NCBI GenBank assembly: GCA_964437755.1
Contig: CAYTIA010000003.1
Coordinates: 7,641-71,640 of the forward strand
Source of the DNA: an uncultured Pseudomonadales bacterium
Lineage (GTDB): Bacteria > Patescibacteriota > Microgenomatia > UBA1400 > PJMF01
Direction of reading: 5' to 3'
DNA: 64,000 bases
Each line of letters begins with the position of its first letter. The first letter of the stretch is position 1. This document shows positions 20,000 through 27,788 of the stretch, one piece after another. A program made the position numbers and the translations under genes. The notes under the pieces are model-generated. The model searched no databases. It was not told the DNA's origin and saw only the letters and a list, made by a program, of their open reading frames with translations.

Positions 20000-20048
20000 C
20001 TTACGTAATAATATACAGACTAGTATCCTTAACTTGTAATAATCAATA

Positions 20049-21332
20049 ATGCACATCACTAACAATAATCAATCGCCAACAAATCAGAATAATAATATGA
20101 CTGATTTTTCTAAGACTCAAAGTATGGATTCCAATCCACAAAATAATAGTGGTAAGATTGATTTATCTGGTGCCGGTGCAGCATTTAAACCTGTATCTAG
20201 TGGAGGAACTATTTCTAATACAACCCCAACAACCTTAAGAAAATCACCAACCAAGAAAAAAACTTCTTGGATTATTGCTGGATTTTTAGCACTAGCGTTA
20301 GTTGTAGGTGGATTTTTCTTTTTACAAGAATCAACTGAAAAAAAAGAGGTGCCGACTGCCCCAATTTCAGAGCCATCAGCAGATGAAGAGTATCCCTGTT
20401 CATTATATTTTTCAAACTTTTACACCTGTGGCGAGTTTGGTTGCATAAGTCATGACGATTGTGAAGGAGATTTAATTTGCGCTATCTCTGGAGATAATGA
20501 AAGAGGATACTGCAGTGAGCCCCCACACGTTGATGCTTGTTTGGCTGAACCAAGTTATGAGTCATGCTGTGAATCAATCGATATATCGATTACTCCATCT
20601 CCAACTCCAACTGGTGAACCTGAAGAGCTTACATGCGGAGACTATGGATGCTTTGAAGATAGTGATTGCGAAGAGGAATTAATATGTACTAGACCAGAAA
20701 CTAGCACTTCACCAGGATATTGTAGTGAGCCACCTTATGTTGATGCTTGTTTGGCTGAGCCAAGTTATGAGTCATGCTGTGAGGAGCAATTAACTCCAAC
20801 ACCAACTCCAACCGGAACCCTTACGCCAACAGCTACACCTACTGCTACGCCAACGCCAACAGCTACACCTACTGCTACGCCAACAAGTACTCCAGGACCA
20901 ACAAGTACTCCGGGGCCTACACCAACAGATTCGCCTTTGGCTACGCCAACAACACCAGTAATTGCAACAGCTACTCCAGTAGTCGTCACTTCAACAACTT
21001 CGCCAGTTGCGCCTACAAGTCCACCTTATGCTACACCTCAACCAACTGTACCAGGTCAACCACCTATCTATATTGTTGACACCAGAGCTGAATGTAATGA
21101 TGTGTGTAGCACTAACGAGGATTGCAATAACATAAGTCACATCTGTTACAACGGTCGATGTAGGCTAGACATTAATCCAGAAGATGAGTTCTGTAGAACT
21201 CCTGCTGGAGAAACATATGTTGAAAGAATTGTAGAACAACCAGTAACTGGACCTAGCGATTGGCTCAATTTCCTCAAGATTGGAGTTGGCGCAATCGGAG
21301 CTGGAATACTACTCTTCATACTTCTACTCTAA
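20049..21332 (+). CDS. Cys-rich repeat surface protein with N-terminal TM anchor, long Pro/Thr/Ala linker and a C-terminal hydrophobic anchor (hypothetical)
   Basis: Two about 70-aa Cys modules each end in 'GYCSEPP[HY]VDACLAEPSYESCCE' (DNA repeats at about 20511-20572 and 20721-20782). A 'TPTPTPTGTLTPTATPTATPTPTATPTATPTSTPGPTSTPGPTPT' linker follows. The C-terminus is 'PVTGPSDWLNFLKIGVGAIGAGILLFILLL'. Confidence 0.5.
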   Translation: MHITNNNQSPTNQNNNMTDFSKTQSMDSNPQNNSGKIDLSGAGAAFKPVSSGGTISNTTPTTLRKSPTKKKTSWIIAGFLALALVVGGFFFLQESTEKKEVPTAPISEPSADEEYPCSLYFSNFYTCGEFGCISHDDCEGDLICAISGDNERGYCSEPPHVDACLAEPSYESCCESIDISITPSPTPTGEPEELTCGDYGCFEDSDCEEELICTRPETSTSPGYCSEPPYVDACLAEPSYESCCEEQLTPTPTPTGTLTPTATPTATPTPTATPTATPTSTPGPTSTPGPTPTDSPLATPTTPVIATATPVVVTSTTSPVAPTSPPYATPQPTVPGQPPIYIVDTRAECNDVCSTNEDCNNISHICYNGRCRLDINPEDEFCRTPAGETYVERIVEQPVTGPSDWLNFLKIGVGAIGAGILLFILLL

Positions 21333-21358
21333 AACTCAACGAGGTTAAAAACTGAATA

Positions 21359-21387
21359 CCACCTAGCTAAGCTAGGTGGTTTTTTTT
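21359..21387 (+). terminator. Rho-independent terminator downstream of the Cys-rich protein gene
   Basis: Hairpin ccacctagc-taa-gctaggtgg followed by an 8-nt T run. Confidence 0.7.
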
Positions 21388-21471
21388 ATTATCATTGTTG
21401 ATGATATAATTACTAACAATCTGCTGTTTTCGTTAATTGCATTCAGTTAATCTACCCAGCAGTCTGTTATT

Positions 21472-21545
21472 GCGCGCGTAGCTCAATTGGTTAGAGCACC
21501 AAGCTTATACCTTGGCGGTTCTTGGTTCGAGTCCAAGCGCGCGCA
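21472..21545 (+). tRNA. tRNA with anticodon UAU (tRNA-Ile decoding AUA by anticodon; identity needs confirmation)
   Basis: Hand-folded cloverleaf: acceptor GCGCGCG/CGCGCGC, D-arm GCTC-AATTGGTTA-GAGC, anticodon arm CCAAG-CTTATAC-CTTGG, variable loop CGGTT, T-arm CTTGG-TTCGAGT-CCAAG, discriminator A. No CCA is encoded. Confidence 0.7.
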
Positions 21546-21583
21546 CTCTTTAAATTACATAGTTATATTTAATCCGGAAACTT

Positions 21584-22648
21584 ATGTTATTTGTAAAACT
21601 ACTAACATTTATTAAAAAACAAAAATTTAAGCTGTTAATTGCTTTGTTACTGGCCCTTTTCATCAGTTGGAGAGTATTTGCAAATCAACAAACCAATAAA
21701 ACTGAGTTGGTTTTTGCACACCCAGAGTATCGAAATCTTGTAAGAACCCTAGAGTTAACAGGCTCGGTTGATGCTAAGAAAAAAGCTCGACTTCGGTTTT
21801 TGGCAGGTGGCAAAATCGTTTATTTGGGTGCGGAAGAGGGAGATCAAGTTAAACAATGGCAAACCATCGCAACCATTGATCAAAGAGACCTTCAAAAACG
21901 TCTTGAAAGATCTCTAAATAACTATATGCAACAACGATGGGATTGGGAAGATTTGCAAGATGATATTAAGGACGAGCTTCTTGACACCAGTGAACAAAGA
22001 TCTGTTGATAAACAACAGTGGACATTAGACAACACAGTCATCGATGTAGAGCTTCAAGATATAGCTATATCACAATCAGTTATGAGCTCCCCTTTTACTG
22101 GAATTCTTGTTTCCAGTCCTGTTAATTCAACTCACACTCAAGTAACAGCTACTGACTATTTTGAAATTATTGATCCACAATCACTAGTATTTAGAGCAGA
22201 AATCAATGAAGAAGACGTGCCTCTTGTAAAACTTGATCAAGCTGCAATTATTGAATTAGATGCTTATCCAAATCAATCTCTTGAAAGTCAAGTTAGCTAT
22301 ATTTCGTATCAAAGCTTAATCAAGTCAAGTGGAACGGTCTTTTTAATCGAATTACCTCTTATTAATGAAGATGCTAATAATCTCGAAACTGGAAAAACTA
22401 TGTTAGACAAGTATAGACTTGGCATGAATGGAGATGTAAGCCTAGAACTTGAAAAAAAAGATAATGTTTTAAGCGTTCCTCTCATCTCTATTAAACAAAG
22501 AGATGACCAAAACTATGTTGAGATAAAATCAGCTGATGGAAAAACTGAAGAGAGGCTTGTCGAAATTGGGCTTGAAACAGAAGAGTTCGTTGAAATTATT
22601 TCAGGATTGTCTCAAGAAGATTTAATTGTGATTCCAAGCTTTAATTAA
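21584..22648 (+). CDS. Efflux transporter periplasmic adaptor subunit (HlyD/MacA family)
   Basis: N-terminal TM, coiled-coil middle and a beta-barrel C-terminus. Immediately upstream of an ABC ATPase and an FtsX-like permease. Confidence 0.6.
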   Translation: MLFVKLLTFIKKQKFKLLIALLLALFISWRVFANQQTNKTELVFAHPEYRNLVRTLELTGSVDAKKKARLRFLAGGKIVYLGAEEGDQVKQWQTIATIDQRDLQKRLERSLNNYMQQRWDWEDLQDDIKDELLDTSEQRSVDKQQWTLDNTVIDVELQDIAISQSVMSSPFTGILVSSPVNSTHTQVTATDYFEIIDPQSLVFRAEINEEDVPLVKLDQAAIIELDAYPNQSLESQVSYISYQSLIKSSGTVFLIELPLINEDANNLETGKTMLDKYRLGMNGDVSLELEKKDNVLSVPLISIKQRDDQNYVEIKSADGKTEERLVEIGLETEEFVEIISGLSQEDLIVIPSFN

Positions 22649-22684
22649 TATATAGAAGTTTGCCCATAGTAGTTCTCAATCCAA

Positions 22685-23437
22685 ATGAAAAAAGTGGTTA
22701 AAAATTCAAAAAAAAACGCTTCAGGCCGCTCTGAAAAAAGCGATGTTATTCTAGAGTTAAAAAACGTCTGCAAGATTTATTATGTTGGTACGCAGATAAT
22801 AAAAGCTTTGGAGTGCATGGATTTTTCAATTAAACGAGGTGAGTTTGTTGCAGTAATTGGTTCTTCAGGATCTGGAAAGTCAACTTTTTTACAAGTTGCC
22901 AGCATGCTATCAGAGCCTAGCAAAGGAACCATTTTTCTTAATGGAAAGGATGTAACAAAGTACAATGAAGTTGAAAGAGCTAAGCTTAGAAATAAAGAGA
23001 TTGGTTTTATTTTTCAGCAATTTAATTTATTAGCTCGAACTAAAGCAGTTGATAATGCTTCTCTTCCTCTCGTTTATGCCGGCGTAAACCAATCTGAAAG
23101 AGAAAAAAGAGCTAAAGAGCTTTTAATTAAGCTTGGACTAGAAGATAGATTAAACAATAAACCAAATGAGTTATCTGGTGGGCAACAACAACGAGTTGCA
23201 ATCGCTAGAGCCTTAATTAATAACCCTAGTGTTATCTTTGCTGATGAACCTACTGGGAATCTTGATTCAAAAAGTGGCGATGAAGTAGAAAAAATCTTAA
23301 AAGATTTGCACAAACAAGGAACGACCATTATCTTAGTAACGCATGAAAAAAGACTAGCAAAAATCGCTCAGAGAGTAATTGAGCTCAAGGATGGTAAACT
23401 TCTGGCCGAACACAAACCTCCTTTTAAAAAACTCTAA
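22685..23437 (+). CDS. ABC transporter ATP-binding protein (MacB/LolD-type)
   Basis: Walker A 'GSSGSGKSTFL', signature 'LSGGQQQRVAIARAL', Walker B 'IIFADEPTGNLD'. Confidence 0.85.
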   Translation: MKKVVKNSKKNASGRSEKSDVILELKNVCKIYYVGTQIIKALECMDFSIKRGEFVAVIGSSGSGKSTFLQVASMLSEPSKGTIFLNGKDVTKYNEVERAKLRNKEIGFIFQQFNLLARTKAVDNASLPLVYAGVNQSEREKRAKELLIKLGLEDRLNNKPNELSGGQQQRVAIARALINNPSVIFADEPTGNLDSKSGDEVEKILKDLHKQGTTIILVTHEKRLAKIAQRVIELKDGKLLAEHKPPFKKL

Positions 23438-23446
23438 GAAACAAAA

Positions 23447-24661
23447 ATGAATATCGCCAATACTACCACCATCGCTTTAAGAGCCATCTTTTCAAACAAA
23501 GTAAGAAGCTTATTAACCATGCTGGGCGTAATTATTGGCGTTAGTTCAGTGGTGATGCTTATTTCACTTGGAAGAGGACTCGAAGCATTCGTCACTCAGT
23601 CTTTTGAAGACCTGGGCTCAAACAACATCTTCGTTTCTCCAGGAAATGTTTTTTCAGAAGACGGAGGATTTAATTCTTTCCAAGATCAAGGCTTAAGCGC
23701 AATGACAAATAGTTTTAATAAGTCTGATGTTAAGGAGATTTCTCGCCTAAGAGAGCATGTTTTGAAAGTGGCTTATTATTCAGCTCAGTCAGATACTTTG
23801 AAATTTATGAATAACTCAGAAAAGTCAACTATTCTTGGTACCAACTCAGACTACAACCAGGTATTAATAACAAAGCTTGAAAAAGGAAGATGGTTTAATA
23901 ACTCTGAAGGAGAATCTGGAGATAGAGTGGTGGTTTTAGGATATAAAATCGCTGAAGAGCTATTTGGAGAGGTCGATCCAATCCATAAAAAAATAAGAGT
24001 GGGAAATGTGACCTTTACAGTTGTGGGAGTAGCAGAAGAAAAAGGCAGTGGATTTGGAGGCCCTTCTTTTGACAGCTACACCTATATTCCCTATGAAACA
24101 CTTTCTAGAATTTATAACACTAACAACATTATGGATATTGTGGTTAAAGCTAGAGATGATACAAAAATACCTGATGCTATCTCAGCAGTTGAAAAAACAC
24201 TTGAGAAAAAATATAAGGATGACGAATTTTCTGTTTATGATCAAGCAGAATTGCTCAAGGTGATTCAAGATATATTGGGAATGTTGACTATAGCTTTGGG
24301 GGGAATTGCCGCTATCTCGTTGTTAGTTGGAGGAATTGGCATTATGAACATTATGCTTGTTTCCGTTACAGAAAGAACCAAAGAGATCGGTTTAAGAAAA
24401 GCCTTAGGAGCCACTCCAAGCGCCATTTTAGGACAGTTTCTTGTTGAGGCCGCCTTCTTATCGATTTTAGGAGGAGTTGTTGGCTTGGGTATTGCCTATG
24501 CTGGATCTTTAGCAATTCAACCTTTCTTTCCCGCCAAGGTAACAACTGAGGCTGTATTGCTTGCGTTTGGCGTATCAACTGTAGTTGGATTAGTTTTTGG
24601 AGCAGCACCCGCACGCCGCGCTTCTCTTCTTTCTCCAATCGAGGCATTACGTTACGAGTAA
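23447..24661 (+). CDS. ABC transporter permease, FtsX-like (MacB periplasmic-domain type)
   Basis: N-terminal TM, a large periplasmic domain and a C-terminal 3-TM FtsX-like region with 'GGIGIMNIMLVSVTERTKEIGLRKALGA'. Confidence 0.8.
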   Translation: MNIANTTTIALRAIFSNKVRSLLTMLGVIIGVSSVVMLISLGRGLEAFVTQSFEDLGSNNIFVSPGNVFSEDGGFNSFQDQGLSAMTNSFNKSDVKEISRLREHVLKVAYYSAQSDTLKFMNNSEKSTILGTNSDYNQVLITKLEKGRWFNNSEGESGDRVVVLGYKIAEELFGEVDPIHKKIRVGNVTFTVVGVAEEKGSGFGGPSFDSYTYIPYETLSRIYNTNNIMDIVVKARDDTKIPDAISAVEKTLEKKYKDDEFSVYDQAELLKVIQDILGMLTIALGGIAAISLLVGGIGIMNIMLVSVTERTKEIGLRKALGATPSAILGQFLVEAAFLSILGGVVGLGIAYAGSLAIQPFFPAKVTTEAVLLAFGVSTVVGLVFGAAPARRASLLSPIEALRYE

Positions 24662-24677
24662 ATGCTATACTAGTTTA

Positions 24678-25025
24678 ATGAAACTAGTTAAGAATGTTTT
24701 TCTTTTTGGTCTAATCATCATTGTAGTTCTGTTTGGTATATCTTTTGCCAACAGCAAGGGCTTGCTAAAAAACACACCCTTAGAGCAAATAAATATCAAT
24801 GAACTTGACCTTTTCTCTCAAGAAAATATTAAACAAACTCAGGTTTTATCAGACAGAGCTAAAGAAACATCAGCTCATATTCAACAGATTTTAGGAGATA
24901 AAATTGAGGTTGATGAACAATCTCACGAAGATCAAAAAGAAAAAGCCATTCATGAAAAAACTGTTGAGTATGTACGCTACCTGTATTGCAAACAAGTTGT
25001 TGAAGATTGGGAAGCAAATCATTAA
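24678..25025 (+). CDS. Small membrane-anchored hypothetical protein
   Basis: The ATG at 24678 avoids overlap with the upstream permease. One N-terminal TM helix. No homology recognized. Confidence 0.35.
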   Translation: MKLVKNVFLFGLIIIVVLFGISFANSKGLLKNTPLEQININELDLFSQENIKQTQVLSDRAKETSAHIQQILGDKIEVDEQSHEDQKEKAIHEKTVEYVRYLYCKQVVEDWEANH

Positions 25026-25042
25026 AAATAGTAATCTAAGTC

Positions 25043-26290
25043 CTACAAAAAAAACTTACCTTGTTCTTCTCCCGTATAAACGCAGTGGATAATTTCGGCT
25101 AAATATTTTGCCACCGACACAATCTCAATTTTTTTTGAATTTTTTACCTCAAGTGGTTGTTCAATTGAATCAGTAATAACTAATTTATCAATTGCATCAC
25201 AAGCTTCTAACTTATCCAAAGCTCCTCCGACTAATAATCCGTGCGTAACAATTACTGTGACCGTTCCCGCTCCTTGTCTTTTAGCATTTTCTGCTTGCAA
25301 AAGCATGGTGCCACAAGTAGCAGCCATATCATCGATCATAATAATATCTGATCCTGGCACAATTCCCGACTCAGTTGAAGAAAGCGATGTAAGTTCCCCA
25401 CTCTCAGAATTTCTATCTTTTAACAGATCAACAACCCTCAGCCTTCCTTCTTTCTCCCCAAAAATCATGCGCGCATATTTGAGAGTTCTTTTCATTGACC
25501 CAGCATCTGGTGATAAAAAGTAAGTATTAGACAAATCTGGAAACATTCTTTTTATCTCAGGTACCAATACATAGCTAGCAAAGATTGTGTTAACTGGAAT
25601 ATCAACGCTACCTTGAGCAACTTGCTCATTATGCACATCAAGAATAGTGATGGTGGAAGCTCCAGCAAACTCAAGCATCTTCATAAAAAGTGCTGCCGCA
25701 ATCGGTGATTTTGGAGCATCTTTTCGATCTGATCTCATATATGGAGCATATGGCAGAATTATATGAATCTCTTTAGCTCCTGCAAGTTTGGCAGCATTTA
25801 TCATCAGAAAAAGCTCCATAATTCTGTCATTTATTCCTGTAGTCTCATCGAGCTGTCCATCTTCAGTAATTCTAGTTGGAGTAAATGACTAAATAATAAA
25901 GACTATTTTATTTCTCAAACCAGTCCGAGATTCAACGGCACTAAATTTTGGTCTTAGCTCATAGTCTGGAAATATAGTCCTGTCACGTGAAGATAAAGGC
26001 CTCATTGTCTCACACAACTCTCCTCTAAAACCATACATTATTTTGTAGTTTTCAGCGATTTCTCTAGCTAGAGGTGCATTACCCAACCCACAGGCTAAAA
26101 TTAAGTCTTCTTCTGGAGAACTAAGAACTTCTGGGCTAATACCATCTGCGAAAACTCGTAATCTTGAGGATAAAAACAAACGAAGTCCATTAAAAAATCT
26201 TAATTTATCTTTTTGACCCTCATCACCAAGCTGTGGTTTTTCTTTGAGCCTCATCTCCAACTTAATTAAATAATTGATTGAAGCAATCAA
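25043..26290 (-). pseudogene. prs: Ribose-phosphate pyrophosphokinase (PRPP synthetase) interrupted by a single in-frame TAG at a conserved Gln codon
   Basis: The 25043..25819 ORF matches the C-terminal two-thirds of Prs ('HIILPYAPYMRSDRKD', 'MIDDMAATCGTM'). The 25889..26290 ORF carries the N-terminal Prs domain in the same frame. They are separated only by TAG (stop at 25889-25891) exactly where Prs has Q in 'YIIQS' (here 'VFII*SF'). The upstream ORF also has an about 55-aa non-homologous N-terminal extension, so the true start is probably internal. Confidence 0.6.
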
Positions 26291-26365
26291 ATCATATCAT
26301 TTATCTAGAAAAAGAACAGTTGTCTTAGTAATCCATTAAATAAAGTGCGGATATAATTAGAACCA

Positions 26366-27784
26366 ATGAAACTTACTCCTCATTCACAAAATCGTTTCTA
26401 CTCTTCATTTTTAAAGAAAGTTTTTGTTTTTTTATCAATCTTAATATTTTTAACCTACAAACTAACTTCACTTGAATATCGATTCGGAGACCAAAACGCC
26501 TACTTTTACATGGCGAGAGCAATATTGGAAGGAAATATTCCCTATCGTGACTTTATATTAGCTGACCCTCCATTGCTAGTTTATTTACTGTCCATTACAA
26601 AAAAAATAATTGGTGATAATGTTCTTTTGTTTTCGGCTTTACCACCATTATTCGATGTTCTTAGCAGTTTCATTTTATATATATATTTAACACGAAAAAA
26701 AATTTCATTTTCTTTTCTGGCACCAGCAATTTATCTGTTTTCATTTTTAATACTTTCTACCAGCGATTACGTAACCGGATTACATCTTGTGTTGTTCCTG
26801 ATAAATTTAGCTTTGTTGTATGAAAAAAAGCCTAAAGTAGCTGGAATTTTTTGGGGCTTAGCCACACTTATAAAGCTTTACTCTATTCCAGGATTCATGA
26901 TTTTTTTTATTTGGTCTTTTAAAAATAAAAACCGTAAGTATTTTTTAAAACTATTAATTAGTTATTGCCTAACTGGATTAGCTGTTATGTTACCCTTTTT
27001 ACTAATTTCTCCAGAGCACGTCATTGACCAGATTATTGTTCACCAGTTTAATAGACCAGCAGGAATCGCAAAATTAAATGTTTTTTACTTCTTTTTTATT
27101 CAAGATTTTCCATTAATTATTTTTGGGGTAACGGGACTGATTTGGAAAAAAAACTGGCAAATTTTAATACTATTTTTATCCTGGATACTTTTCTACTTAA
27201 TTTTCAAAGACCTCTATTATGTGTATCTTGGAATATTAACTCCCTGGCTGACAATTGGACTTATTAACTTCTTGGAGGCTCTCAAAAATAAGTGGCATAT
27301 TAACAATATGGGTCACAAACTATCAATAAGTTTAATCTTATTAATCTTTATGAGTCACCTACCCGCCCTGCACTTCTACCAAACAAAAATTAAACTAGAT
27401 GGTAAGTTTATCCAAGCAAAAGAAGTTTCACAGTTTGTTAATAATCTTGAGCCAGCTCTACCTTTATATGGATCTCATGAGGTAGCTCCGCTAATAGCCC
27501 TGCTAACGAATAAGCCTCTTTTTAATAATTATCTTGATACCAATGCTCAAATTTTTGCTTCTGGAGCACTGGATAAAAAAAAGGTTTCACTCGAAACTGT
27601 CGAGAGTGGAATTTATTTACTGACTAAAGTAACTAATCTCCCCATAAATGCCAAGCTAGATTCTGGGCATGAAGGTTATTTTGATTCAGAAATATTTGAA
27701 AAATACTGTCAAAGATTGACGATAATTAACGGTCTGCAAGTTGAACTTTTTTCTGATGTGGCAATTTATCGTTGTCAAAAATAA
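26366..27784 (+). CDS. Polytopic membrane protein, putative GT-C-fold glycosyltransferase (ArnT/PMT-like)
   Basis: About 11 TM helices. The first extracytoplasmic loop 'LEYRFGDQNAYFYMARAILEG' carries acidic residues. The C-terminal soluble domain is about 140 aa. Confidence 0.35.
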   Translation: MKLTPHSQNRFYSSFLKKVFVFLSILIFLTYKLTSLEYRFGDQNAYFYMARAILEGNIPYRDFILADPPLLVYLLSITKKIIGDNVLLFSALPPLFDVLSSFILYIYLTRKKISFSFLAPAIYLFSFLILSTSDYVTGLHLVLFLINLALLYEKKPKVAGIFWGLATLIKLYSIPGFMIFFIWSFKNKNRKYFLKLLISYCLTGLAVMLPFLLISPEHVIDQIIVHQFNRPAGIAKLNVFYFFFIQDFPLIIFGVTGLIWKKNWQILILFLSWILFYLIFKDLYYVYLGILTPWLTIGLINFLEALKNKWHINNMGHKLSISLILLIFMSHLPALHFYQTKIKLDGKFIQAKEVSQFVNNLEPALPLYGSHEVAPLIALLTNKPLFNNYLDTNAQIFASGALDKKKVSLETVESGIYLLTKVTNLPINAKLDSGHEGYFDSEIFEKYCQRLTIINGLQVELFSDVAIYRCQK

Positions 27785-27788
27785 ATTT

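Noticed and set aside
20765-20989. Antisense ORF encoding a Val/Ala/Gly repeat ('VAVGVAVGV...')
   Set aside because: It is the reverse-complement reading of the Pro/Thr/Ala linker repeats of the sense gene. Spurious.
21388-21471. Partial inverted repeat (CTGCTG...CAGCAG) just upstream of the tRNA
   Set aside because: Short and imperfect. Plausibly part of the tRNA promoter or processing context, not a distinct element.
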